This document shows, piece by piece, positions 42,255-54,200 of a stretch of 64,000 nt of DNA; the first letter of the stretch is position 1; the number at the start of each line of letters is the position of its first letter. Origin of the DNA: Phaeosaccion multiseriatum (Eukaryota > Protista > Ochrophyta, other classes); NCBI GenBank assembly GCA_965112735.1, contig OZ218961.1, forward strand, positions 1,426,001 to 1,490,000, given 5' to 3'. Both the position numbers and the translations under genes were made by a program. The notes under the pieces were generated by a model, which searched no databases, was not told the origin of the DNA, and saw only the letters and a program-made list of their open reading frames with translations.

Positions 42255-42812
42255 ATGAAGGACAGAGAGGGGGGGACCACAGGATCCCGCGCCCGGAGTA
42301 GAAGTGGGAGCTGGAGTGCGAGTGAAAGCAGCGACCGGCAAGGGAAGAGGGGGAGGAGAAGCAACAGCAGCGAGAGCAGCAAGGAAGACCGAAAGCGGGC
42401 GAAGCGCGCGAAGAAGGAGAGGAAGAAGGAAAAGAAGGAGAAGAAGAAGGAGAAGAAGAAGGAGAGCAAGCGGCTGAGAAGGGACAAGGGGAAGGATGAG
42501 GTCAAGGACGGGGAGGGGGAGCCTGCCGCAGTAGCTGCCCCAGCGACAGAGATGCCGGACAAGTCCGGGGCGGCGACCACCGAGGTGCCCGACAAGACCA
42601 ACAAACGAGACTTCTTCGCTCGGCTGAGAGCCGAGGAGGCTCAAAAAGGGCCGGTGGGCACGCTCCATGCCACTGGCAAGACTGAGAGTGAGGTGCTGGA
42701 AGAGGTGGAGAAGAAGACGAATCAGTGGATCTGTGTCAAGTGCGGTCGCTCAAACTACAAGGGTACATCGTCCTGCGACGGATGCAAGGCCATGAAGCGC
42801 CTGGGCACATGA
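42255..42812 (+). CDS. Lys/Ser-rich protein with C-terminal RanBP2-type zinc finger
   Basis: WICVKCGRSNYKGTSSCDGC fits W-x-C-x2-C-x3-N-x6-C-x2-C. KEKK-rich N-terminal half. Confidence 0.75.
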   Translation: MKDREGGTTGSRARSRSGSWSASESSDRQGKRGRRSNSSESSKEDRKRAKRAKKERKKEKKEKKKEKKKESKRLRRDKGKDEVKDGEGEPAAVAAPATEMPDKSGAATTEVPDKTNKRDFFARLRAEEAQKGPVGTLHATGKTESEVLEEVEKKTNQWICVKCGRSNYKGTSSCDGCKAMKRLGT

Positions 42813-43926
42813 CCGCGTGGCTTCGTGCATCTCGAACAGGGGGGGGATAGCTGGGAACGGCAGATGAGCGAAGCCAACGAGGATAACTTGTGCCCTCCCC
42901 AGAAGCCCCTGAAGCCCTCCCTCCGCGGCTTCGAACTATGGAGCAAAGGCCTGTCCTGCCTTAAGTGTGCTGCACGTCATCCCTGCTGCCACGCGCCGCC
43001 CTCTTGCGGAAGTGGTGGGGTGCCTCTGTTTGATCCACCCCGATGGCGCACTTATTGCGATGCTTGCATTGAGCAGGCCACCCGCCAGCCAATGTCCTGA
43101 CAGTCTTCGGCCCTGGACGCCGGCTATCCACCTCTGTGCTATAGCAGGAGCAATGTGCGTTGCCTCATGCGGGCATGATAGCCCCCTGTTGCTACGTGAA
43201 AGAATGGGAAAGGAGGTGGTGGTTGCTTATGGTGCAGCTTCCAGGTATACGCGCTCCACAAAGATACACGAGCTCCCTACTCAGCTGCCCGAGGGCCTGG
43301 AGATGCCATGGAGATGTTCGATTTGACTGTTGAGGATTCAGCTCAGGTTAGAGAGACCGCTCGTTGATAAGTCGGGCTCAGGTCAGAGAGGCCAGCGTCT
43401 GGCCTGGTCATGTCCGCGGAACGTAGGAGACGAACAGAGCTGCTCTTTGAAGGGGGCATAGAAGTCAGTACACAATTGACTCAGGATCGATGTTCTCGTG
43501 GTATCGTTTTGAGTGAGGTGGAATGAACGAAACCGAACTGGTACCAGCCACTCAATTTTCCTTCATGAATGAACTGAACTGAAGTGGTAAGGGTCTGGAC
43601 TCCGCGGTGCGCGCACGGTACTTGGGTTTCCGCAGTACCGCGACAAGGCAGGGTGCACAAGCTTTTTGTCTTTTCTTTCCACAAGAGAGACTGTAGTAGG
43701 AGAACGGCACAAGACCAGATAATATTAAGGGGATAGGAGACTTATCGTGAGGAGTTAGGAGTGATCGATCAATTCTCTCTCCTTTGACTCTTGCACTTTC
43801 TCGGGGCTCACACAGATTTGCGATTGGCGGCCCTCGCTCGTTACGCAATGCCTTGCTTCTTCGGGCGATGTGTGGACGACAAAGCGCTCCATACTTGACT
43901 AGCCAGCTCTTACTTACAGTGCTTAG

Positions 43927-44616
43927 TTACATCCATAGTATTGGAAGGACGACAGCTACAGCCACGAGGACTCCTGTCGGTAGAAGGCCCTTTTGAGCGC
44001 CTCTGCTGAAAGAAGCGCCACTGATGTCGTCCGCTGTGGCCGCGTGCGAAGCACAGCGGATGTTGGCAGTGGATATGTCTGTACGCTCCGTCATCGCTTC
44101 CACAAACTCGGCCATATCCGCTCCGATGGCAGCTGAATCCGTGTCGTTATAGGAGCCAATAATGCCCTCGAGATAGTCGCTTAGAATGAGCGGAATCCTC
44201 AGTACGTAGGCGTCCACTGTGTTCCGGATTCGGGCGCACTGCTGCTGAAGCTCGACCGAGAAACAGTGACTTTTGACTTGCCCATTGAGTAGCGTGTTTG
44301 TGGCAAGACCGTTGCTACAATCTCCCACCGGCTTCTCTAGCTCTATTGCATAGCTGAGCGATGTCCGAAACAAAGACGCGTCTTTGGCTGTCATGCCCTC
44401 ATTCTCTATTTTGCCCATCAGATACAGATCAGCATTTCTCCCCAGCGAGTTTATCATGTCCGTCACTTCATCATTGGCATGCACGCACTCATCCCTTGCC
44501 TCGATATCATTACACAACTCCCGATCTCTGGCACGGCCAACATACACAAGCCCACAAGAGCACAAGCTTTCCACTGACACCAGGCCAAGGAGGAAGGATA
44601 CACAAGCACTCTTCAT
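43927..44616 (-). CDS. Hypothetical intronless Cys-containing secreted, possibly GPI-anchored protein (229 aa)
   Basis: 229-codon non-repetitive ORF. Hydrophobic N-terminus (MKSACVSFLLGLVSV). C-terminal small residues (ISGA) followed by a hydrophobic tail (GVLVAVAVVLPILWM). Confidence 0.6.
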   Translation of the reverse strand: MKSACVSFLLGLVSVESLCSCGLVYVGRARDRELCNDIEARDECVHANDEVTDMINSLGRNADLYLMGKIENEGMTAKDASLFRTSLSYAIELEKPVGDCSNGLATNTLLNGQVKSHCFSVELQQQCARIRNTVDAYVLRIPLILSDYLEGIIGSYNDTDSAAIGADMAEFVEAMTERTDISTANIRCASHAATADDISGASFSRGAQKGLLPTGVLVAVAVVLPILWM

Positions 44617-44965
44617 CTTTCTGGGCGATTGCTGCTGCTCTTGTGACTGGTGTTCTTAGCTGCTTCGCTACTCCTTCCTCCCCCTCTTCCTCTTTTACTT
44701 TCTTCTCTGATCCTATTCTTGCTACTGCTGCGGACACTATACTATGATCGTGGTACGGTTCTAGGTGCTGGTTCTAGGCCTGTCTTGCCCTTCTTCTTTG
44801 GATCGGATCGTTCTTCGGACCTTTCTACGGATTGGATATTGGATATTTGATATTTCCCGCGCGCGCCGAAAAAACGAACCACGAATGTTGGTACTCTTCC
44901 GTCGCCTTCTGTGAACACAGCCGCCCGCCTCTTCGCCCCTTGGGAGGAAAAAAGTTCCAACGCTC

Positions 44966-45461
44966 ATGCTCGCTTCGGAGGCCTCGCCGCATGTCAACTC
45001 TCTGAACACTCTTTCGGAGGAGCAGGTGGAGTCGCTCGGCTCTCTTGCGCTGACCTTCCTGCTCACTGGAAAGCGCGAGGACATACTTTATGGGTTGGGG
45101 AAGTTTAGCGCGATTAATGGGCTCCTCATGGGAGTGGTTGAGGACTGTGTAAGTACGCTACTGGTAGTTTTCAGGGGAGCTCTTCGGCGGGGCTCCAGTG
45201 CTTCAGACGAGGCCAAGGCTCTCGGCATTCAGGTGAGTCGTCCCAAAGAAGAAGAGGCTGAAATGGAATCTGTACGATAAGTGACCACGGAGTTGTTGCT
45301 TTAAATGAACACAGGCGACCACGGTGGACCTAGTGGAGCGAATGTACACAGAGAGACGCGTAGACTTGGAAGAAAGCGCGGCTGCGAGAGCATTGAAGGG
45401 GCCGACGCTATCGCACATCTCCTGGGAGACACGGGCACATGCCAGCAGTAGTAGTAGTAGT

Positions 45462-45494
<33 letters not shown>

Positions 45495-45644
45495 GAGATT
45501 TGGCGTCCCCACAAGGTTGTCCATCTGACGCTCGGCATAGACGACGAGGAGCGAGTGGTGGAAATGGAGCCTTGGCAAGTCCGGCTGCTTTTGGCCCAAC
45601 TCAAACAAGCTCAGGCGCGGTGTGGAGAGATTGTAGCGCCTTGA
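44966..45644 (+). CDS. COMM-domain (COMMD2-like) protein (exons 44966-45232, 45315-45644)
   Basis: ~200 aa helical N-domain, then PTLSHISWETR...VVHLTLG...VVEMEPWQVRLLLAQLKQA, a COMM-domain pattern. Phase-0 GT-AG intron. Confidence 0.65.
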
Positions 45645-45784
45645 CCTATGGAGGTGTGTTGTATGTATATAATGTATTGTATGTGTTTATATAATGGTAT
45701 TTTGTCAAAAAGTTGTGGCGTTGTCCCACTGTGTGTGGCGTACTCCAGTATAGATGGATGCCCCACACGAGGGTGTGGCGCCCA

Positions 45785-46698
45785 TCATTTCTTGAGCGAA
45801 GTCCACGGAACGTCAAGCTTCTTCGTGAGGGTGACCACGACCTTGGTCTCCTTCCGCCGGAAAGTGGCAGCCTCGATCTCGTCAAAGAGCGAGGGCACGT
45901 GCAGGAGATAGCTCTCGTCTCCTTGGCTGCCCTGCATGTCCACCGTCAGCGACTGCATTGTTGTGAAGGGGGGGAGGTAGAAAGAGTGGAGGGAGCGAGT
46001 GAGGATGACTAGTGTAGCCGCGCAATGTCCTCACCGCGTGCAGCAAAGACCTGTCTTACCGTGGCTTCAAAGGAGAGCGAAACAGCGTCTTCGTCTCGTA
46101 GGGGCGGGTCGAAGTCCTCAGTGGGGATGTACAGCCTGACCTTGGGGCCCTGCGCGTCGAACGAGTACTTGGTGATGGCGATGGTCGTGCGCTTGGGCCT
46201 CGTCTGCGGGGAAACGCTCGCCTCCACACCACTTGGGAGAGAGGCAAGAGGTGCGAGAGAGACCGGTCAATCAGGTGTCCTGAGCGTCTCTACCCCCAAA
46301 GACTTCTTACTACTGAAGCTTATACAACAGACCTGCGTTCGAGTAGCCGAGGCGCCTCATTTCCGTCCCATTCCGGCCCTTTTGTCCAAGCAAGAGGAGA
46401 GAAGGGGGAAGACGGAGGAGAGGGAAGTGAAGGTCATCAACAGAGCAAGGCAGTACGAAAAGGCGGCCAGGTTTCCTCACCATCAGCGCCATGTCCATGC
46501 GCGTAGTAGTCTGTGGAAGCACAGTCGGGGATGCAAGCAGGGGGAGGAGGAAGGAGGTTAGTTCCACGGTGAAAAGGCAAGTCAACGATGACGCTTCACT
46601 TTCTCACAAGCGTTTTTCCCCTTCGTCTGGATGTTGTGCTTCAATGCAGACTGTCCCTCTTGCGTCTCCGCTGGACCACCCTCCATATCGCCCTCCAT
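45785..46698 (-). CDS. CS-domain (p23/SGT1/CacyBP-like) co-chaperone protein (5 small exons)
   Basis: Spliced product ..SALKHNIQTKGKNAYYYAHGHGADGPEWDGNEAPRLL..ITKYSFDAQGPKVRLYIP..VSLSFEAT|SLTVDM..YLLHVPSLFDEI..ATFRRKETKVVVTLTKK..WTSLKK. Splice phases consistent. Confidence 0.75.
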
Positions 46699-46867
46699 CC
46701 CCCCCCTTCGCCGACTTCTTCCTTTTTTTGTCCTCAAATTGCTCGTGGACTCAGGCCTATTTCAGTTTCAATTTAATTACACGTATCCTTTTCTTCTCTC
46801 AAGACGAGTGTAAAACATCGCGAAAAGAGACTTGGCCACAACCTCGTGCCCCCTTGCTCTCTGTTCT

Positions 46868-49800
46868 ATGGGTCTGCGCTCGGATGGCGTAGAAGAGAGG
46901 CCGCAGGAAGGACAGATGAAAAGTCTCGAAGATTCGCAGCCAAGGGCCTTGGGCCGCGCCGGGAGCACAGGGAGGCTGGAGAGGCTTCTTAGCGGCAGCA
47001 GCGGCAAGCAAACTCGCTCGGACAAGTCGGTCAAGAGAGTTGGAAGTACTGGAAGCCTTTTATGCCGTAGTGGAAGCGTCCTGAAGAGTGAGCCGCAGCC
47101 GAACAAGCCCAAGCTGCCCAAGACAGGTATGGGGGCCAGTGTTGAGAGTGAGGTATGCTCTACTTTTGCGGCTACCGCCTGTCTTGCACCTTTCCTCTGA
47201 CTCTTCCCCCCCTGCTGCTGCTGTCCCAGATATCGGAAACAAGGAGCGCTATATATGGGTGTTCACGACAGCCAGGTGGGTGAAGCAGACAGGGGGAAGA
47301 AGATTTTTTTCATGTTGAGGAGGGAGCGTCAGAGGAGTGTGCTCGTGCTGGCCCGAACCCTGGCGGGGGGGGGGGGAGATGTCCTCCGCGGTGTGTGTAC
47401 TCAAATACTTGGCAAAGAGCCTGAATCTTCCTCTCTCCCTCCCTGCACCTTCGGTACAACACAGCTTGCCTTGGTTTACGGGCACAGCTGTGAATCCCCT
47501 CCTCCGCGCCGCGCACCTGCAGCGGGGTCGCGCTCCCGGGAGGGTGACGCTGGTGGTGCCCTGGCTGGACAAGGACGACCAGGTGAAGGTGTATGGAGAC
47601 AAGATCGGCTTCGAGGCCAAGGAGGAGCAGGAGGGGTACGTGAGGAAGTGGCTGCGGGAGTCCGCGGGTATGCCGGAGGAGAGCGAGATACTGGGCATCC
47701 TCTTTTACCAGGGGGGCTACCACGAGAGCTTCGGCTCCATCTTCCCCCTGGGAGACCTGACCAGCCTCGTGCCCAATGAAAGGGCCGATGTCTGTGTACT
47801 CGAGGAGCCTGAGCACCTCAACTGGTTCCGCGCGGAGGGAGAGGCGTGGAGGGACAAGTTCAACTATGTCGTGGGCATCATACACACCAACTACATCCAC
47901 TATGCAGCGCAGGTGCGTGTGTGGGTACTTGGGTGGCTGGTCTGGGTGGGGTGAGGCGGGGTGGTGGTGGTGGTGGTGGTGGTGGTGGTGGTGGTGGTGG
48001 TCATCCTGTGCTTGGCTGGGGGAGGTGGGTGGGTGGGCGGGGTGGGGCCGGTGTTGTTGGTGGTGGTACTGTGCTTCTTGCAAACCAAACCATCTCCCCC
48101 CACCATCAGGAGTCAGTAAGTCAACACGTCAAACAGACACAGCGACGCTCCATCCTTACCCCTTCCATCTCCCCCCGCTGTATCTCCAGACGACCGCGGG
48201 GGGCATGAAGCGCGAGGGGGTGAGGTTCGTATCCACCTGGATGGTGCGAGCGTACTGCCACCGTATCCTCAAGCTCAGCGACACGCTGCAGACCTTCGCG
48301 CCCACCAAGGAGCTGGTGGTGAGCAATGGCGTCGTTATGTATCACCAACTGCTGCTGCTCCTGCTGTTGCTGCTGCTGCTGCTGCTGCTGTACAAGTTGC
48401 GTTATTCTCACGCTATGTGTGTGGGTGTGTGGGTGTGTGGGTGTGTGTGTGTGGATGTGGCACAGGTGAACGTGCACGGCGTCCGAGAGGAGTTCTTGCA
48501 CACGGGGGATGAGCTTGCCAAGTGCGTGCCCACCCGCAGCGGCTTCAGCAAGGGGGCCTACTTTATCGGGAAATCCCTGTGGGGCAAGGGCCTGGACCTG
48601 CTGCTGCCGCTGCTCAGGGTCAAGGTACGAGCAGAGTAGAGCAGAGAAGTTGGTGATACAGAGCGCACAGAGCAGTGCAGAGGAGGCAGGAGGGGCGAGG
48701 GAGATGAGAGTGACCCTCAGAGCCTCGAGGGAGGCAGACGGGCTCTTTAAAGAGGTTGTTCACTCCGTGACCACGGAATGAAAGGGAATGGAACGAACGG
48801 AATGACCCACTCCCTCTCTGCCCCACCCACCCCATCCACTGCTTCTTTCATACAATAAATACTACAACCAACAGCCCAGCCAGAAGCACAAGCTGGAGGT
48901 CAACTTCTCTGTGGACATCTTCGGCTCTGGCCCTGACAGAGAGGCCATCGAGGCCAAGGCCAACAAGTACAAGCTCCAAATAGTCTTCCACGATGGAATT
49001 GACCACGTGCAGGTGTGTGTGTGTGTGTGTGGGTGGGTGGGTGGGTGGGTGGGTGTGTGGGTGGATGGGTGGGTGGGTTGGCGTGTGTGTGGGTGGGTTG
49101 GTGGGTGTGTACGTGTGTGTGTTTTCGTCGAGGAGGGTCCAAGACCACCTAGGGGGGGGGGAGTATTAATTGGAATCACCTAAGAAACTGCAAGTGTAGG
49201 GAGAGGCGGCAACGAACCTGTCCATCCCCCCCCCCGTTCAGCGTGCGTGACTCCCCTCCTCCATCTCCCTCCCCCCCTCCTCAGCTGAAGGAGTACAGCA
49301 CGCTTGTCAACCCCTCCACCAGCGAAGTGCTGTGCACCATCGTGGCGGAGGCGCTGGCCATGGGCAAATTCGCGGTTATCGCCAAGCACCCCAGCAACGA
49401 GTTCTTCTACCAGGTGGGTGGGTGGGTTGGTTGGTTGGTTGGTTGGTTGGTTGGTTGGTTGGTCGATTGGTTGGTTGGTTGATAGGTGGGATGGTCCTTT
49501 GCACTTGGGTACTTGGCCTTTTGTCTGTCTGTCTACCACCCAGATGCTCTGCTTTGCTCTCCTCTTTCTCTCCGCTCTTGCTCTCCTCTTGCTCTCTTCT
49601 TGTTCTCCTCTCGCCTTGCTTTCCTCTCCTCTGGCTTTGTTCTTGCTTTCCTATCCTCTTGCTCTTGCTCTCCCTTCGTCGCTCTCCTCTCCTCTCCTCC
49701 CCCTCTCCACCCCTGCCCCTTTTCCTGCTCCTCCTGTTGCTGTATCACCAACTACTTTCCCGTACCCCTACCCCTGCCCCTTCACCGCTCCTGCTGCTGC

Positions 49801-50479
49801 TGCTGCTGCTGCTGCGTCTGCCCGATCACCACCTGCTCCTGCTGCTGCTGCTGCCTCTGCCCGATCACCACTTGCTCCTGCTGTGCAGTTCCCAAACTGC
49901 ATGCCCTTCGAAACGCAAGCGGAGTTCATCGCATGTGTGGACTACACCCTCCACCACAGCCCCCTTCCCCTCACACACGAGCTCAGGCACATCCTCAGCT
50001 GGCCCGCTGCCACTGACCGCTTCACGCAAGCAGCCAGCAAACCCATCATCCTCTCTGACGCGGCTCAGAAGTGGGAGAACGGGGTGGACTCCTTCCTGGC
50101 GGTCACGTACGGCCACTTGACCAAGGGCAAGAAGGGGGACTACATGCGTATGGCCCTCGGAGGAGGTGAGGGGGTGGGAAGAGGAAAGGAGAAGGAGAAA
50201 GGAGAATGGACGGCAACTGTTGCGATGGGTGGGTGGGTGGGTCCCACGTCTTTTACGGGAAGAAGGTCCCTGTCTAAAATATCTCTCCCTCTCTCTCTCT
50301 CTCTCTGTGTGTGTGTATGTGTGTGTGTGTGTATGTGTGTGTGTGTATGTGTGTGTGTATGTGTGTGTATATGTGTGTGTGTGCGTGTGTATGTGTGTGT
50401 GTGTATGTATGTGTGTGTGTATGTATGTGTGTATGTGTGTGTGTGTATGTGTGTGTGTGTGCATGTGTGTCTGTGTGTG

Positions 50480-50511
<32 letters not shown>

Positions 50512-50877
50512 GGTATGTCTCTCTGTGCAGGGCCCGCTGCCCGGCAGCACAAGCACACACGCAAAAGCCGGGGGGGGGAGGGGGAGGGGGGTGAGGATAG
50601 CCAGGAGTCATCTGGGTCCTCAGGGGATGACGAGGAGGGAGAAGGCCGAAGAGGAAAGGGCGGAGATGGGAACGACAGACGATCGGCGCAGCCCCTGCTC
50701 CTCAAGCCTTTCGCGGACTTGTACAGAATGGTCAGGGAGCAGTGGAAGAACAAGCTGGGGGGTTGGCAGTTCCCCCAGGTGGAGAGGACAAGATCGGAGC
50801 TTGTCGTCGTGTCAGGTCCTCCTTTTGAGGGGGGGGCTTTTGACATTGACCTCCTTTACGCTTATCCCGTGTCGTAA
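46868..50877 (+). CDS. DGD1: Digalactosyldiacylglycerol synthase (GT4), about 8 exons
   Basis: IWVFTTA|[117 protein letters not shown]. Confidence 0.93.
50305..50510. repeat. (GT)n-rich intronic microsatellite
   Basis: Directly visible. Confidence 0.9.
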
Positions 50878-51217
50878 GCGAAAGGGGGCCCGCCTTACTG
50901 TTGGAAGAGGCCACGCTTTTGCCTTTATTTGGGTTGAACTTCGCTTTGGTCTGAAGATGAGAGACTCAATAGAACGGGGGGGAGGGGTGGGGTCCGAAGG
51001 AAGGTCTTGTAGAAAAGAAACAATGTGAGTAGATACCTATCCAAAGCCATGCCTATGCCAAGGTTCATTGCCTTACTTGTGCCATATGTCTTGGCTGGAG
51101 CGGATCATGATGAGAGGGAGGGGAGACGCCAATAGCATTATATAACATGATACAATATACGGGTTTTGTTGGGCGCAAAGAGCTGAGCTGTGAAATGGTA
51201 TGATTGCATTGCGTTGC

Positions 51218-54200
51218 TTACGCATTTACCCGCAGCACACCCGCCGGTGGAAGAGCACTAGCAGCGACTGTCTCCTGCTTCTGCTGCTGCCGCTGTATCA
51301 CCAACTGGTCCATCTCCTCCCTCACCGCGGTCTTGTTGGCCTCGTACACGTCCTCGAGAATGTCTCTACACCGAATGTTGGCCTTGAGTTTGATACACAT
51401 GAGGAAGGCTCCTGCCAGCTTGCGGTGGAGCGAGTAGGCTTCTCGGGGGGGGGGGGTGAGGCGGTGCTTCATGAACGTGTCTCCGTAGCGACCGATGCGG
51501 TTGGTGATCTCGCTGCCGAAGAAGTCGAAGGGCTCGTTCTTCACAAATGGCTCGCCCACCACTAGACCCTGTGGTGGAGGCGGGGAGTCGGAGGGAGGAG
51601 GGAGGGAGGGAGGGAGGGAGGGAGGGAGGGAGGGAGGGAGTGAGGGGGTGGTGAAGAGGAAGGGAGGAGGGGGGGAGAGGTGGAGGGAAAGGTGGGAGGG
51701 AGGGAGGGAGGGAGGAGGGAGGAAGGGAGGGAGGGAGGGAGGGAGGAGGAAGGGAGGGAGGAGGGGGGGAGAGGTGGAGGGAGAGGTTGGAGGGAGGGAG
51801 GGAGGAGGGAGGAAGGGAGGGAGGGAGGGAGGGAGGCGGGCACATGGGTGGGTAAAGACGGGTGAGAGCACGTTGGTGGTGGGGGGGGGGGGCTGTCCTC
51901 CTCGCTCCTGATGGGGGCGTCCCCTCCTCTCAGTCTCCTGGAAGAGACGTGTCTCCCCTCCTCACTGCTGCAGGGGGGGGTCCCCTTCCCCTTCCCTTCA
52001 CTACCCCCGCCCACCTGTCTATGTCCCTGCCTCCCCTCCTCCCTCCCCCCCTCCCCTCGTCCCTTACCGCTTGCTCGTGTGCTTTGAGCATGTCCGGCGA
52101 TTCATCCCCGGTCAGGAAGCCGAGCTCCTCTGAGATGGACAGCAGGGTGGCGCAGTCTCGGTTGGCAGCGGACCACACCAGCGTCTGTTGTGAGTATGAG
52201 GTCAGTGTCGTAGTCAGTGATCGTCAGTCAGTAACATAAGTCAGTAATCGTAAGTTAGTGATCATAAGGCAGTGATCGTAAGTCAAAGTCAGTGATTAAA
52301 TGCCAAATGTCAAGTGTACCTGGTACTTGTCCACAAAGGAGCGGCCGTAGCTGCGGCAGGCACCGAAGTCGATCAAGTGCAGCTGTGGATTGATTGAGTA
52401 GGGGTGCGTTTAGGGGTGCATTACAGGCATTCGGGGGTAAGTAGGAAGGGTAGGGCGGGTGACTTTTGTGGGGGTGGGGGGGGGGGTATGAGGGAGGCCT
52501 TGCAGGGACAATGAACAGGACGGAACAGGGGGAAAGGGGAAGTGTCGCCCGCTACGGCAGTTATGGCAGGCACCGATGTGGGGGTACCGGACGGTACCTT
52601 GTACGTGAGTGCCTTCACACCCCATTGCCATAGTACTTCAGCGTATGGCTCACGCCTAAAGCCTATAACCCTAACCCTTAGCAGTCTCAGTCTCTCTCAG
52701 TGCCTTACTCACCTTCCCAGTGTTGGGGTCGAAGAGAAAGTTGCCCCAATTGGGGTCTGTCTGCATGAAACGCCAAGTGAAGAGCTCATTCATGGTCACC
52801 CGTAGCACCAACCGGGCCACGTGATTGCGCACGTCCTGGCTCATGCCTGCCACCTTGTCCACGGTTATTCCACTGACGAACTCGGAGGTCAGTACCTGCT
52901 TCGTGCCAAGGGAGGGGACCACATCCGGCACCTAAAGCATCGGGTTGTGTTGATGTGTGGGGTTGTGTTGAAGTGTTGATGGGTTGGCATGGGATGGCAC
53001 AGAGATGCCATAGAGAGAGAGAGAGGGAGGGAGGGAAGGAGAGAGAGGAGACAGAGGAGAGAGAGGAGAGAGAGGGGGAGGGAGGGAGAGAGGGAGAGAG
53101 AGGGAGGGAGGGAGGGAGGGAGGGAGAGGGAGGGAGAGGGAGGGAGTGAGAGAGGGAGAGAGAGAGGGAGAGAGTGACGGAGGGAGTGACGGAGAGAGAG
53201 AGGGAGAGAAGGAGAATGAAGTAATGATGAGAGAAGGGAGAGAGGAGCAGTGATGAGAGACAGTCAGACAGAGTAGAGTACACGGAGAGGGAGAGACAGA
53301 CAGAGTCGAGTCACATCACAGGCTTGGAGGGACTGATTCTGATTCAGAGCCAGCAACAAGAGCGCGCCCTCGTTAGCCCCCCCCCTCCCTTCTCCCCTCT
53401 TTGTCAGTCAGCGTACCGAGATCCACTCCGCCAGCACAGGGTCCCCTTGCACCAACGCTCTGAACCTCGTCTGATGCTCAGCCTCCGTCTCGTAATCGCA
53501 CTCCTCCGACAGCTCAAGCCGGGCCACCTCCACTATCTCATCCACAAACAGACCCTGTTCAGTTCAGTTCAGTAAGTCATTCATTTGGAAGAGGGAGAGG
53601 GAGGGGTGAGGGGGTTGGGGGGGTGGGGAGGAGGATCAAAGGGTGCCGGCAGCGTCTTTCACAGAGCAGACCCGCACGGACGCACGCACTCACTCTCACA
53701 CACATATACGCACACACACACATGCACACACGCACACACACGCACACACGCACACACGCACACACGCACACACATACACGTACACACACAAACGCACACA
53801 CACGCACACACACGCACACACACACGCACACACACACATACACAAACGCACACAAACGCACACACTTACGGGAGGCATGATGTCTGTGAGGGTGATGAGG
53901 CGCTCCAAGTTACGAAGATCTGATCCGATGGAGTCTGCCACCCCCGGGTACTGCACCTTCATGGCCACAAGACGACCGTCCAAGAGAGTGGCGCGGTGCA
54001 CCTGGCAGTAGGGGAGGTAGAGAGAGGGCGGGAGGGAAGCGGGAGAGGAGCGAGGGGAGGGGAGGGGAGGGGAGGGGAGAGGAGGGGAGGGGAGGGGAGA
54101 GGAGGGGGAGAGGGTGAGCATGAGGAGGAAGAAAAGTCATCAAAGAGTCATCGGACAGAGCCTGCTGCACTTGAGGAGAGGGGGGGGGGAGGAGAGGAAA

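Noticed and set aside
52660-52682. Telomere-like CCCTAACCCTTA (and TTAGG runs at ~57358-57385)
   Set aside because: Only about two degenerate units inside introns; compatible with chance or branch-point CTAAC motifs.
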